Shown: positions 47,165-58,178 of the stretch, one piece after another | Numbering within the stretch: position 1 is the first letter of the stretch | Layout of the letters: every line of letters begins with the position of its first letter | Assembly: GCA_963815195.1 (NCBI GenBank) | Contig: CAWFGE010000013.1 | Location: forward strand, 1,024,001-1,088,000 | DNA: 64,000 nt | Direction of reading: 5' to 3' | Origin: an uncultured Planctomycetaceae bacterium | Lineage (GTDB): Bacteria; Planctomycetota; Planctomycetia; Planctomycetales; Planctomycetaceae | The notes under the pieces: generated by a model | Database searches by the model: none | Seen by the model: the letters and a program-made list of their open reading frames with translations, nothing else | Told to the model about the DNA's origin: nothing | Program-made: the position numbers and the translations under genes

Positions 47165-47653
47165 TTAACTCTGAGCCGCTTTCCAGAGATTGAACGTGAG
47201 ATGCGCTTGCCCCTGATGATGCGGTTCATGCCAGGCCAGCACGTTCAGGATTTGGGCGAGGGTCCAGCCGCGCTCTTTGAAGGTTTCCGGAATGACGGGC
47301 AGATCCGCTTCGGTGAACCCGGAGATCGTGCTTTGCAGATGCTCGCGGGACTGCCGGAGCACGCCCCGGATGTGATCGACGCTGGGAATGTCGTCATCCG
47401 GCGTACTGCCGCCCCGAAACCCGGGGACATCCTCGGCGAAATCGGGCGTGGTCCCCAGGAGGCGTTCCGTGGCGAAGAGCTCTTCGGTGATGCCGATGTG
47501 CATGAGCTGCCAGGCGATGTGGGCCCGGCCCGGTCCGGGGCGGAATCCCAGAATCGCGCGGGGGTTTGGTTCCTGGGCGATTGAATCCAAAACCGCGAGG
47601 GTGCGGCTGCGGTTGAAATCCCAGATTCCCATCGTCACGTCGAACACACTCAT
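47165..47653 (-). CDS. DinB family protein
   Basis: IAWQLMHI and HEPHHQGQ motifs. Confidence 0.8.
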   Translation of the reverse strand: MSVFDVTMGIWDFNRSRTLAVLDSIAQEPNPRAILGFRPGPGRAHIAWQLMHIGITEELFATERLLGTTPDFAEDVPGFRGGSTPDDDIPSVDHIRGVLRQSREHLQSTISGFTEADLPVIPETFKERGWTLAQILNVLAWHEPHHQGQAHLTFNLWKAAQS

Positions 47654-48064
47654 CACAATCCCGCTCTTTCGAAAACGCGGAGCCGCCAAAGTCGCAATTG
47701 CGATTCATTGTGCGAAGAGCGGCCGGCATTTTCAAGGCGGCCACGCCGTCCCTTTTTTGGGGCGGCTTTTTTCGTGCGCGGCGAAAACGGTGTGGCGCTC
47801 AATGCCTCTCGAATTTCTGGAAACACCCGGATTCCGTTCCGCCTGTTTGGAATTCTCCGAAAAAACCGGTGGAATAGATTTGCAATTGCCGCGCGTCTGC
47901 GGTAGTCTCGCTGAAATGTGGGATTTCATCCCCCAGAGAAATCAAAACTTTAGATAAAGTGGGATTCTTGCCCAATAATATGAAAGGAGCGGTTTGCAGG
48001 CCATCCTGCACCCACCACGCCACGGAGGCCGTCGAACCAGCCATTTGCGGGATAGAGACAACCG

Positions 48065-48547
48065 ATGCCCGAAGAGACGTTTATCACAGGTGAGCACAAG
48101 CGCACCATCGATGAACGGTTTCGGATCGCCCTGCCCGCGGACCTGTCCCAGGCGGTCACCGATGAGGCCGGCGAAACCATCCTCGCCAAGGAACGCTACG
48201 GCTGTTTGAGCCTCTGGCGGGCGCGGGACTGGCAGCGGCGACTGAACGACGGCGTGGGGTTGATTCGGCAGAAGATTCAAGCGGGACGGATGGAGCAGCG
48301 CTGGGGAGAAGTCCAACGATTGGGTCGCTTGCTCTCCACCCGTTCAAAAACCGTCAAACTGGCCAACCGCTCGCGGTTGCTCGTGCCGGAGGGATACCGC
48401 GAGTTTTTGGATGTGCCGGCGAATCAGGAGGTGATCGTCGTGGGAGCGGCGATTTGCGTGGAAATCTGGAATCCGCAGTGTTGGTTGGACGTGTTAAAAC
48501 AAGACATGCCGGGCTTCGGGCCGTTGTTCCAGGATTTGGCGAATTGA
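48065..48547 (+). CDS. mraZ: MraZ-family transcriptional regulator
   Basis: [24 protein letters not shown] and VVGA..CVEIWN motifs. Confidence 0.85.
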   Translation: MPEETFITGEHKRTIDERFRIALPADLSQAVTDEAGETILAKERYGCLSLWRARDWQRRLNDGVGLIRQKIQAGRMEQRWGEVQRLGRLLSTRSKTVKLANRSRLLVPEGYREFLDVPANQEVIVVGAAICVEIWNPQCWLDVLKQDMPGFGPLFQDLAN

Positions 48548-48809
48548 GTTGATGCCGGAACGCGCCCGCGTCCGGTTTATTGAAAGCCAGAGAAATATCA
48601 AGAACCGGGGCGAGCGCCCTGCGGCTAATGCTCGGGAATTCAACGGAGGATGTTAGGAAAAGACGGTGCCCGGTACGAATGACCGGCGGCGACACTCACT
48701 CACGAACCCCCAATCCGTCGCTCATCACAAGCTTTTAGCACCACACGGAAGGCTTGGAGGCACGGAAGCCGCTTCATTCGTCCGGGCACCTTTTTTCGTT
48801 CTTTGAAGG

Positions 48810-50066
48810 CTAGACCGCGTGGGTGGAAATCACGCGGAGCATTTCTTCCACGGTCGTTTCGCCGCGGAGCACTTTATTCCGCGCGGCTTCTTCCAAGGTC
48901 GTCATTCCCTCCGACTTCGCGACATCGCGAATTTCCATGGAGGACTTTCCATGGAGGATGGCTTCGCGAACGTCTTTCGTGACGACCAGAATCTCGAACA
49001 CCCCGGTGCGTCCGGAATAGCCCGTGTGGAAGTTGCAGTCGGCCGGGACGCCGCGAATGAGTTCGGTCGATTCCGCCTGGTTGGGATCGAGGCCGAGCAG
49101 TCCGCAAACCGCCTCGTCGGGATGGTACGTCTCCCGCGACGTGGGGCAGACTTTGCGGATCAAGCGTTGCGAGATAATGCAGTTGACGCTGTCGGCGATG
49201 AACATGGGCGGAATCCCGAATTCGCGGAACACGTCGATGGTGCTCACGCTGTCGTTGGCGTGCATCGTGCTCAAAACCATCACACCGGTCAGGGCGGCCC
49301 GGCAGCCGATGTGCGCGGTTTCCGGATCGCGGACTTCGCCGATCATCATGATGTTGGGATCCTGGCGGAAGATGCCCCGGAGGGCTTCGACGAAGCCGAA
49401 GCTGATCTTGGGGTCGGTCTGGATCTGATTGATGCCCGAAATCCGGCGTTCGACGGGATCCTCGATGGTGACCAGGCTTTTTTGCGGATCGTTCAACAAC
49501 GTCAAACAGCTATACATCGTGGTGCTTTTGCCGGATCCCACGGGGCCGACGCTCATCACCATCCCCGACGGCCGGGTGACGTGCTCTTTGAGAAGAGTCA
49601 ACTGGTGGTCTTCGAAACCCAGTTCTTCGAGTTGGGTGTAGGCGGCCTGGTCGGGCATCAATCGTAGCACGATCCGCTCGCCGTAGATCGTGGGGCCGCT
49701 GCCGACCCGCACGTCGCGCTTCGCGGTGAGCACCGAGTTGGAGATGTGCCCGTCCTGGGCGAAGCGGCGTTCGGTGATGTTCATGTTCGCCATAAGTTTG
49801 ATGCGGGACACGACGTGCGAGGTCAACTCGGCGGGCAGTTTGAGCACATCGTGCAAGAGCCCGTCCACCCGCAGCCGAATTCGCAAACCCTCGGTGGTCG
49901 GATCGAAATGGATATCGGTGGCCTCCAACTGAAACGCCCGCTCCAAGAGCAGATCGACCAACGGACCGGGGCCGACGACATCCACGAGTTGGGACAATTC
50001 CTCTTTGAGGGCTTTTTGGCGAACGTGATCGGATCGCGCGGCGTTCGAAGCGGCCTGCTCATTCAT
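48810..50066 (-). CDS. GspE/PilB-family secretion ATPase
   Basis: [32 protein letters not shown] and [14 protein letters not shown] motifs. Confidence 0.93.
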   Translation of the reverse strand: MNEQAASNAARSDHVRQKALKEELSQLVDVVGPGPLVDLLLERAFQLEATDIHFDPTTEGLRIRLRVDGLLHDVLKLPAELTSHVVSRIKLMANMNITERRFAQDGHISNSVLTAKRDVRVGSGPTIYGERIVLRLMPDQAAYTQLEELGFEDHQLTLLKEHVTRPSGMVMSVGPVGSGKSTTMYSCLTLLNDPQKSLVTIEDPVERRISGINQIQTDPKISFGFVEALRGIFRQDPNIMMIGEVRDPETAHIGCRAALTGVMVLSTMHANDSVSTIDVFREFGIPPMFIADSVNCIISQRLIRKVCPTSRETYHPDEAVCGLLGLDPNQAESTELIRGVPADCNFHTGYSGRTGVFEILVVTKDVREAILHGKSSMEIRDVAKSEGMTTLEEAARNKVLRGETTVEEMLRVISTHAV

Positions 50067-50145
50067 AAGACGGTTCCAAACTGGCGGGGTCTGAGGAGAA
50101 ATTCAACACCGGGTCGGCCAAGGCGGTCTACGCCGCGCGGTTCGA

Positions 50146-51078
50146 TTATTCGTCGTCCGTGCGCGGGGCGGGCTTTTCGGCCACCGCCGGTTTGACGACG
50201 CCGGATTTCGGGGTTTCGCCCGGGCGGGACTTGCGATCGCCTTTGGAGGACTTCTTAGGCGTTTCGGAGCCTTCCTGGCCCGTGGCCTCTTTTTGAGGGG
50301 AGTTGTCGGGCTCGTTGGCATCGGCCGTAAGAGGCACGCGGAAAAATGCCGCCACCAGAACGGCGAGGCCCAGGACAGCCGCCAATCCGCCCAAAAGCCG
50401 CCGGAACCCCGTGGCTTTCGCCAGGAGCATCGTTCCCAAAACGAGCCCGATCACCGAACAACCGTACGCGAGGACTTGCGCGACGCGGAGTCCCAGCCAG
50501 TCCGGCTTGGAGGTGTAAATCGTCAGCGCCACGGCCCCCAGCACGGCCGTGCCCGCGCCTGCCAGCACGAGCACGTTGGATTCGCGGCGTTCGCTTTTGG
50601 CCTCGGGGGAAAGACCCAACTCGTGAAGTGCATCCTCGCGGTATTCCGCGATCTCCCACACAGCGTCCAGCCTGGCGATTTGTAGCACTTCCAGCACAAG
50701 CGGATTGCGGACGACGACCACCATCCGGGCATTTTTCGCCTTCACGATCTTCCAGAACCGGACCAACAGCGCCACCATCGCGCTGCCCATATAATCCAGT
50801 TCGGAAATGTCCACGATCAAATGCGGCGTCCCGGCCGCCTCCAGATCGCGGATCACCGAGTCGCCTGCCTGCTCGATGTCGGTCCAATCGGAACTGTTCA
50901 TCGCCGGTTTGAGCGACAGCACGGAATACTCCGCGGCCTGTTCAAATTCGTAAGTCAGCCCGCCTTTGTCCACAGCTGATTCTCCAACGTGCCAGAGCAT
51001 CAAGAATGAGCGCCCGAAATCGTCGAACCCCTTCACGGAAAGGACCCGAAGCGAGTGTCCGTCTGTTCGATTTTCCAT
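50146..51078 (-). CDS. STAS-domain membrane protein (start uncertain)
   Basis: IVDISELDYMGSA STAS motif followed by three TM segments. Confidence 0.78.
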   Translation of the reverse strand: MENRTDGHSLRVLSVKGFDDFGRSFLMLWHVGESAVDKGGLTYEFEQAAEYSVLSLKPAMNSSDWTDIEQAGDSVIRDLEAAGTPHLIVDISELDYMGSAMVALLVRFWKIVKAKNARMVVVVRNPLVLEVLQIARLDAVWEIAEYREDALHELGLSPEAKSERRESNVLVLAGAGTAVLGAVALTIYTSKPDWLGLRVAQVLAYGCSVIGLVLGTMLLAKATGFRRLLGGLAAVLGLAVLVAAFFRVPLTADANEPDNSPQKEATGQEGSETPKKSSKGDRKSRPGETPKSGVVKPAVAEKPAPRTDDE

Positions 51079-51391
51079 CGAGGAACTGGGAACGAACGGC
51101 TCCCACCGAGGCGCATGTATTGTAACGGAAATGGGAATCTGTCGGGATTTGTCTTCAGGATGACGAACTGCCAGCGCGTGTTGCTGAGGTTCGAGGCATC
51201 ACGAATCAATCATGCCCGTCCCCGGCGTGGAACGCAAGCGCCCGATTGCGGAATTTCCAGACCCGGCCGCAAGCGGAGAGCCAGAGGCCCAGGTTCGAGG
51301 CGGATTGCCGGCGGTGGAGTGGCCTTCGAGCCAAGGCTTGCTAGACTGAAGGCGTGTCTTGATCTTCCCCTGCCCGAGCCTCAGCCCGAAC

Positions 51392-51970
51392 ATGATTTTC
51401 GAGGGAATTGTCACCACGCGGAACGCGGACGCCCGCCTCAACATCGCCCCGATGGGGCCGATCGTGGAAGGCGAGTTCGAGCGGCTGTTGTTGCGGCCGT
51501 TTCAGACTTCGACGACATATCAAAACCTCAAACGGCAATCGTGCGGGGTGTTTCATGTCGTGGATGATGCCCTGCTGTTGGCGCGGGCGGCGATCGATTG
51601 CTGGGATGAGATGCCCCAAACATTTCCGGCGCAAAAGATTCCAGGAGCGGTCTTACAAGCGGCCTGCCGCTGGTATGAGTTTGAGGTCGAGTCCCTGGAC
51701 GACCGCGAAGCCCGCGTGAGCATCGAAGCCCGCGTGGTGCATGCCGGGCGGATCAGGGATTTTTTCGGTTGGAACCGGGCCAAGCACGCGGTGCTCGAAG
51801 CCGCGATCCTGGCGACGCGGGTGCATTTGCTCGAGGCGTCTGAGATCCAGCCGCAACTCGATTCGCTCCGCGTGATTGTGGAGAAAACGGCAGGGCCGGC
51901 GGAGCGGGAAGCCTTTTTGTTATTGGAAGATTACGTCCACAAACATTACGCCGGGGCGGGGCCGCGATGA
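51392..51970 (+). CDS. DUF447 family protein
   Basis: EGIVTT...NIAPMG, PF.TSTTY.NL and NRAKHAVLEAAILATR motifs. Confidence 0.85.
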   Translation: MIFEGIVTTRNADARLNIAPMGPIVEGEFERLLLRPFQTSTTYQNLKRQSCGVFHVVDDALLLARAAIDCWDEMPQTFPAQKIPGAVLQAACRWYEFEVESLDDREARVSIEARVVHAGRIRDFFGWNRAKHAVLEAAILATRVHLLEASEIQPQLDSLRVIVEKTAGPAEREAFLLLEDYVHKHYAGAGPR

Positions 51971-52956
51971 CGCTTGAGGTGACGATCCACACCGGTGCCC
52001 GGCTGCACTTCGGCTTGCTCGCGCATCGGCCGGCTTCGGGCCGGCACTTCGGCGGCGCGGGTCTGATGATCGATTCGCCGGGCACCCAACTCACCCTCAA
52101 AGTTAACGACCGCGATCAGATCGCCGCGCCCCCTGACCTTCGCGCGCGTGTGGAACACATCCTCGCGAGTTATCGAAGCCGGGTTGCTCCGCACAAACAG
52201 CCGCCGCCCTGCCGGATCGAAATTCACCGGCAAATCCCGCCGCATCAGGGACTCGGTTCGGGAACGCAGTTGGCGCTCGCGGTCGGAAAAGCGTTGGCGG
52301 TCTGCGCGGGCGAACCCGATCTTCCCCTTCTGGAATTGGCCCACCGCGTGGGCCGCGGCACCCGCTCCGCTTTGGGAATCCACGGTTTTGAGCAAGGCGG
52401 GTTTTTGATCGACGGCGGCAAACGGCGGCTCGAAGACATCGGCACGCTGGTTTCGCGGGTCTCGTTTCCGGCCGAATGGCGGATCGTGCTGGTCACGCCG
52501 CCGGCGGGGGAAGGTCTTTCCGGAACCGACGAGCAGACCGCGTTTCATCGCCTGTCCGGAATGCCCGAATGCGTCACCAATCGCTTGTGCCGGCTGCTGT
52601 TGATGGAGATTCTGCCCGCGATCCGCGAGGCCGGTTTTCCAGAGGTTTCCGAAGGGATCTATCAATACGGCCAGCAGGTGGGGGCGTATTTTGAACCGAT
52701 CCAAGGCGGCCCGTTCGCCAGCCCAAAAATGGCGGACCTCGCGGAAAACCTCCGCAGCCGCGGCATCCGGGGCGTGGGGCAAAGCTCCTGGGGACCGACG
52801 TTGTTCGTGCTCGAAGAGAGTCAGTCCGCGGCGGAAGAATTGGTGCAACAACTTCACAGCCAGCCCCCGTGGGCCGACTGCGAGTTTCACATCGCCGGCC
52901 CGAAAAACGAAGCCGCATCCGTCGCGGTTTCCACGGATTCGCCCGCCGCGTCTTGA
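51967..52956 (+). CDS. mptG: Beta-ribofuranosylaminobenzene 5'-phosphate synthase (GHMP family)
   Basis: RLHFGL, HQGLGSGTQL, GRG.RSALG...F..GGF.IDGG and GQSSWGPT motifs; ATGA overlap with the DUF447 gene. Confidence 0.87.
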   Translation: MTLEVTIHTGARLHFGLLAHRPASGRHFGGAGLMIDSPGTQLTLKVNDRDQIAAPPDLRARVEHILASYRSRVAPHKQPPPCRIEIHRQIPPHQGLGSGTQLALAVGKALAVCAGEPDLPLLELAHRVGRGTRSALGIHGFEQGGFLIDGGKRRLEDIGTLVSRVSFPAEWRIVLVTPPAGEGLSGTDEQTAFHRLSGMPECVTNRLCRLLLMEILPAIREAGFPEVSEGIYQYGQQVGAYFEPIQGGPFASPKMADLAENLRSRGIRGVGQSSWGPTLFVLEESQSAAEELVQQLHSQPPWADCEFHIAGPKNEAASVAVSTDSPAAS

Positions 52957-53056
52957 ACCGTGACGGAAAATTGAAGCGGCTTTCTATGGACGACATTCGT
53001 CGTTGTCCGTCAACTGAAAAACGACATGTGTCGTTTTCTGGTCGGAGGACAGCTTC

Positions 53057-53419
53057 ATGGGCAAGCCGGAAGGCCGGTTGACGCCGGCGCAGCATGAGAT
53101 CATGGACCTCGTCTGGCAAGCGGGCACGGCGGGGGCCACGGTGACGGAGATCTGGACCGCGATCGCGGACAGCCGGTATGTCACGCGGACCACGGTGTTC
53201 AATCTCGTCGAAAACTTCGCCGCCGTGCCCCGCGATGCCGCCGCGCGGGAGTTGGCCCGGGAGTTTGTGGACGATTTCTTCGGCGGCTCGGCGGGCGATC
53301 TGGTGACGAGCCTTCTGGGTTCCAAACGCCTGCGGAAAGCGGATGTCCGCAAACTCCGCCAGAAACTCGATGCCCTGCTCGCCGAAATCGGCTTATCCGA
53401 CGAAGACCGGCCGAAATAA
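53057..53419 (+). pseudogene. BlaI/MecI/CopY regulator with an apparent internal deletion
   Basis: LTPAQHEIMDLVW...TTVFNLVE jumps to FAAVPR...FVDDFFGGS; the RL.KG.L.R wing segment appears to be missing. Confidence 0.6.
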
Positions 53420-54083
53420 TCGGCGACCTTTTCATCACGACGTTTTGATGTCGGCTTTCTTGCTGTTGGTGCTGGCCGCCGGAATTGGGAGTGCCTGTAG
53501 TTGGCCGCTGCTCCGCGCGGATGGGGGACCGCGTGCCAAAGCCGATGCTGCGTCTGAGGAAAGCACGAACAGCAGCTGAGTTCTCAAACCCCCCAACAAT
53601 CGTTGTCGGAGGATTTGATTCGTTGGACAGCGCCACTTTTTGAATGAAAGACTGTCAATCAAGGGATTTGTCGCAGCAAGATCTACTTTCGTTTCGGATT
53701 AGTATTTTTCTACCTCACAAAACGGTTCACGGCGTAGGGTGGACCCGAACCATCTTGCGCCCCCGAAAGCTGCCACGCGACTCGCCCCGCAAACGAAGCG
53801 AGGCTTGAGGCGAATCCCTCCTCCGCCGGGCATTTCCCCAAAATCATGCGTCATGGGACGGATTAGGTCAATTCGTCCGAGTTCCCGGTTAGGCAGGATC
53901 TGCATGTCACACGTGCGGCGTTCAAGGGGCTAGGGCGGAAAAGTCGATGGCCATTCGTGCGGAGAACCGAGGGAGCGCTCTCCGGTCGGCTGAAGGATTC
54001 CAGCACGAACCGTCACCTTGTCGCGTCCTCCTGACCGAATCCGCTTCACCACCAAAAACTCAGCTTGTGAAGCGGATTAGGAC

Positions 54084-55493
54084 ATGATGGCGTACCGCAC
54101 GAATGACCTGCCTATGACCATCCGCCGTTACTCGCTCGGTTTGTGCGTGCTTATCGCCTGGGCTTCGATCTCCGCCTTAGGCGCGGCTTCGGAACGGCGA
54201 ATGACGCCCATCGTGCGAGCGATCCAGCGCATCAAAAATTCCGCCGTCAACATCCACACCGAAAAAACCACCTACGGCGATTCCCTGTTCGCCCCCTCCA
54301 AAGGCCGCAAGGTCAATGGCATGGGAACCGGAGTGATCGTGGACGAGCGGGGCTACATCGCCACGAACTATCACGTCGTCAGCGGCGTCGATTCCATGCG
54401 GTGCACGCTTTACGACGGCAGCACCTTCATGGCCGAGGTCGTTTCGTTCGACAGCGAAAAAGACATCGCCATCATCAAAATCCAGCCGAGCCGCTCGCTC
54501 GACGTAATGCCCCTGGGCACCTCGTCGGATCTGATGCTGGGCGAAACCGTACTGGCTTTGGGCAATGCCTACGGCTACGAGCATTCCGTGACCGCGGGGA
54601 TCGTCAGTTCCCTCTCGCGGGACGTGGAGGTCAACGAAAAGCAATCGTACGAAAACCTGATCCAAACCGACGCCAGCATCAACCCGGGCAACAGCGGCGG
54701 TCCGCTGGTGAACCTCGACGGCGATGTGATCGGAATCAACGTGGCGATCCGGGCCGGCGCCCAGCGGATCGGGTTTGCGATCCCGATCGACGATGCCCGC
54801 CGGACCATCGCCAAACTGTTGAGCATTGAGCAGATCGACGGGACCTGGCATGGGGTGGTGGCCGAGGATATCAAAACCGCGGAAACGCAGGAACTCCACG
54901 TCCGCCGGATCCAACCCGACAGCCCGGCGGGGAAAGCCGGCCTCGCCCCCGGCGATGTGATCGTCAAAGCCGGGACGTTGGATGTTTCCGACGGCGTCGA
55001 TTGGGAACGGGCCTTGTTGGGCCGGCGGGCCGGCGAGAAAGTCCCCGTGCTCGTCGAGCGCGGCGGAAAGCAGGTGAAACTCGATCTGATGCTCGCCGCC
55101 TCCAAATCGCCGGGCGTTCCCGCCTTCGCCCAGAGCGTGGTTCCCGCGGCGGTGGATCATCCCGTCCGCGACAAGACCTGGACGCTGTTGGGTATGAACC
55201 TCTCCAAACTCGACGACGAGAACTCGATCATCCGCGGTTCGCGGTATCGCGGCGGGATGCGGATCACCGCCGTCCGCCCCGGCAGTCCGGCCGAGACCAA
55301 CGGCCTCCGCGAAGGCGATGTCCTTGTGGGCCTGCACATTTGGGAGACGGTCAACGCCGAAAACGTTTCCTATGTCCTCGATCACCCCGACTTGGGCAAA
55401 TTCTCGCCGCTCAAGTTTTACATCCTCCGCGGCGGCGAGACGTTGTACGGCCACCTGAGTCTGCTCGGCCGCCAACTCAGCCAGCACAACTGA
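54084..55493 (+). CDS. HtrA/DegP-like serine protease with two PDZ domains
   Basis: ATNYHVV, DIA, IQTDASINPGNSGGPL motifs; two SPA..GL..GDV PDZ units. Confidence 0.95.
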   Translation: MMAYRTNDLPMTIRRYSLGLCVLIAWASISALGAASERRMTPIVRAIQRIKNSAVNIHTEKTTYGDSLFAPSKGRKVNGMGTGVIVDERGYIATNYHVVSGVDSMRCTLYDGSTFMAEVVSFDSEKDIAIIKIQPSRSLDVMPLGTSSDLMLGETVLALGNAYGYEHSVTAGIVSSLSRDVEVNEKQSYENLIQTDASINPGNSGGPLVNLDGDVIGINVAIRAGAQRIGFAIPIDDARRTIAKLLSIEQIDGTWHGVVAEDIKTAETQELHVRRIQPDSPAGKAGLAPGDVIVKAGTLDVSDGVDWERALLGRRAGEKVPVLVERGGKQVKLDLMLAASKSPGVPAFAQSVVPAAVDHPVRDKTWTLLGMNLSKLDDENSIIRGSRYRGGMRITAVRPGSPAETNGLREGDVLVGLHIWETVNAENVSYVLDHPDLGKFSPLKFYILRGGETLYGHLSLLGRQLSQHN

Positions 55494-55676
55494 AAACCGT
55501 TCGCTTCCACGCCGATTCAAACAGTCCGCGCAGCGACACGCCAGGGAAGGCTTGTCCGCTGCGTTTTTGTTTTTCGGATTTTGGGCGATCGAGTGGCCTG
55601 GGCGTTTTCCGTAGCGGCGGCTTTCGGCCGCCGAGATCGTCCCGCACTCCGCACTTTGGCCTCCCCAGCAGACCAC

Positions 55677-55705
55677 TTGACGCTTTGCCGAACGAGCGGT
55701 ATCCT
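55677..55705 (+). promoter_or_regulatory. Sigma70-like promoter of the leu leader
   Basis: TTGACG (55677-55682), 17-nt spacer, TATCCT (55700-55705). Confidence 0.65.
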
Positions 55706-55736
55706 TAAAGTTGTCAGAATTAAAGGTGTTTGTGCG

Positions 55737-55802
55737 ATGAGTTCGATCATTTCCCGCAATTTGGCGCTGCTTCTTGGCCTGCTTCTACGTGGGAGGTCTT
55801 AG
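55737..55802 (+). CDS. Leucine attenuator leader peptide
   Basis: MSSIISRNLALLLGLLLRGRS*: 7 Leu codons within 9, upstream of leuA. Confidence 0.85.
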   Translation: MSSIISRNLALLLGLLLRGRS

Positions 55803-55834
55803 GGTCCGGCTCATACGCCAATCAGACGCATACC

Positions 55835-55876
55835 AAACCCTGAGACCAAATGTGTTGGTTTCAGGGTTTTTTGTTT
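55835..55876 (+). terminator. Attenuator terminator upstream of leuA
   Basis: AAACCCTGAGACCAA / TTGGTTTCAGGGTTT stem followed by a U tract. Confidence 0.88.
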
Positions 55877-55965
55877 GGACTTCGTAACAGAAAAAAATCG
55901 TCGGTTCTATTCGTTGTCATCATGGGGCTGACGCCCCACGCTCGCCTTTTTTTGGAGAGAATCCC

Positions 55966-57570
55966 ATGTCCGCCGAACCTGCTGAAGTTGTCCCGCGGGA
56001 AAAAATTACGATCTTCGACACCACGCTCCGCGACGGCGAGCAATCGCCCGGGTGCAGCATGAACACGGCGGAAAAGCTGGAAGTCGCCAAGGCCCTTGTG
56101 GAGTTGGGCGTGGACGTGATCGAGGCCGGGTTCCCGATCGCTTCGCCGGGGGATTTTGAAGCCGTGCAAAAGATCGCCCGCGAGTTCGGCGACCGCACGG
56201 TGATCTGCGGCCTGGCCCGCTGCCGGCCCGACGACATCGACCGGGCCTGGGCAGCCCTCCAAGATGCGGAGAAAAAACGCATTCACGTGTTCCTGGCGAC
56301 GAGTGCGATCCATCGCGAATTCAAACTCAAGATGGCCAAGGAAGAAATCGTGCGGACCACGATCGAGATGGTCAGCCGGGCCAAGGAGTATTGCGACAAC
56401 ATCGAGTTCTCCCCCGAAGATGCCGCCCGCACGGAGTTGGATTTTCTTTCGGAAGTCGTCGAGAAAGCCATCGACGCCGGGGCGACGACGGTGAACATTC
56501 CCGACACCGTCGGCTACGCGACGCCGAGCCAGTTCCGCCAGGTGATCGAGCATTTGAAAAACAACGTGCCCAACATCGACAAAGCCGTGATCAGCGCCCA
56601 CTGCCACAACGATTTGGGCCTCGCGGTCGCGAACAGCCTGGCCGCGGTCGAAGGCGGCGCCCGGCAGGTGGAGTGCACGATCAATGGCCTGGGCGAACGC
56701 GCGGGGAACGCGGCCCTCGAAGAAATCGTGATGGCGATCGAAACCCGCAAAGACTACTACGGCGTGACGACCAACATCAACACGCGAAAACTGTTCCCCA
56801 CAAGCAGCCTCGTGTCCAGCATTACCGGGATGAAGATCCAGCGCAACAAAGCCATCGTCGGCCAGAACGCCTTCGCCCACGAAGCGGGCATTCATCAGCA
56901 CGGCATTCTCCAGGAACGGACGACTTACGAAATCATGCGGCCCGATGATGTGGGCTTCGTCGGCACGAATCTCGTGTTGGGCAAGCACAGCGGTCGGCAC
57001 GCGTTTCGCGACCGCATCCAATCCTTGGGCCACACCTTGGATGAAGAGACGTTCCAGAAGGTGTTCGACGATTTCATCGCCCTCGCCGACAAGAAAAAGG
57101 AAATCTACGATTCCGACATCGTCGCCTTGATCGAAAACCGCATCGGCACCATGCCCCTCCGCTGGAAGATCGTCTCGGTGCATAGTTTTTCCGGCACGAA
57201 CACGATTCCCACCGCCACGGTGAAACTCCAGGACGAGGAAACCGGCGAGATCATCTGCGATGCCGCCATTGGCGACGGCCCGGTGGATGCGATGTTCCAC
57301 GCCGCCGAGCGCATGACAGGCATCGCCGCCCGCTTGGAAGATTACCGGGTCCAGAGCGTCTCCCGCGGCAAGGATGCGTTGGCGGAAGTCACGGTGGAAA
57401 TCTCCGTGGCCGGCCGGCGGCATCACGGCAAGAGCATCAGCACCGACACGATGGAAGCCAGCGCCCAGGCGTTTTTGAACGCCTTGAACAAAGCCGAAAC
57501 CAACACCGGCCCGCGGTTGCACCCGCAGAAAGAAGACACGCCTTCGGAGACCGCCCCCGCCACGCCATAA
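55966..57570 (+). CDS. leuA: 2-isopropylmalate synthase
   Basis: [25 protein letters not shown] and HEAGIHQ motifs; C-terminal regulatory domain with GPVDA. Confidence 0.96.
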   Translation: MSAEPAEVVPREKITIFDTTLRDGEQSPGCSMNTAEKLEVAKALVELGVDVIEAGFPIASPGDFEAVQKIAREFGDRTVICGLARCRPDDIDRAWAALQDAEKKRIHVFLATSAIHREFKLKMAKEEIVRTTIEMVSRAKEYCDNIEFSPEDAARTELDFLSEVVEKAIDAGATTVNIPDTVGYATPSQFRQVIEHLKNNVPNIDKAVISAHCHNDLGLAVANSLAAVEGGARQVECTINGLGERAGNAALEEIVMAIETRKDYYGVTTNINTRKLFPTSSLVSSITGMKIQRNKAIVGQNAFAHEAGIHQHGILQERTTYEIMRPDDVGFVGTNLVLGKHSGRHAFRDRIQSLGHTLDEETFQKVFDDFIALADKKKEIYDSDIVALIENRIGTMPLRWKIVSVHSFSGTNTIPTATVKLQDEETGEIICDAAIGDGPVDAMFHAAERMTGIAARLEDYRVQSVSRGKDALAEVTVEISVAGRRHHGKSISTDTMEASAQAFLNALNKAETNTGPRLHPQKEDTPSETAPATP

Positions 57571-57640
57571 CCCCAGGCGAGCGGGAGGCGTAAGCCTCCT
57601 GGTTTCGTTGAGTTTTCGATGGATTGCGACGACCCGAGGC

Positions 57641-58018
57641 TCAAGCCCGCTTCGCTTTCAAGGCGGCCACGGCTTCGTTGCGGTCTTTGTAGATCGTCCA
57701 CAACTGGTTGAGGTGGGTCACGTCGATGATCTCGGCACAGTAAGGCGTCAGGCCGCTCAGGCAGAACTCGCCGCCTTCCTGTTTGACGATGCGGTTCCAG
57801 GCCCGGAATAGAATCTCGATGAAGGCCGATCCGAAAAACTTGGTGTGCGAGAGGTCGAGCACCACCAGAGGGGGGTCCGCCGCCGCCACGCCGTCCAGGA
57901 TGATTTTTCGCATTTCCTCAAGCACGGCATCGTCGAGGTTCTCGTACTCGGGCCCCAACGCGATGATGGTCACGCCGTCTTGTTTCGTGATGCTTTGCGA
58001 ACTCTCGTGAGATGCCAT
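57641..58018 (-). CDS. STAS-domain anti-sigma factor antagonist
   Basis: VVLDLSHTKFFGSAFI motif; 125 aa. Confidence 0.85.
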   Translation of the reverse strand: MASHESSQSITKQDGVTIIALGPEYENLDDAVLEEMRKIILDGVAAADPPLVVLDLSHTKFFGSAFIEILFRAWNRIVKQEGGEFCLSGLTPYCAEIIDVTHLNQLWTIYKDRNEAVAALKAKRA

Positions 58019-58178
58019 GGGCCAACCACAACTGCGTAAAATTGGAAAACCGGGTCTGCAAAAGGGTTTCATATCCCCTGGGAGTTTATCCTAACAGGTT
58101 TTTCGGTGAAACGACAAACTTCGAAAAAGGCGGATTTTCATCATCCGGTTGGCCGCCCTCGTCCAGTTGTTTGAAATG

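Noticed and set aside
53955..54010. Glycine-riboswitch-like words (GGAGA...CCGAGGGAGC...CTCTCCGG) upstream of htrA
   Set aside because: The intervening stems are missing and the downstream gene is unrelated to glycine metabolism.
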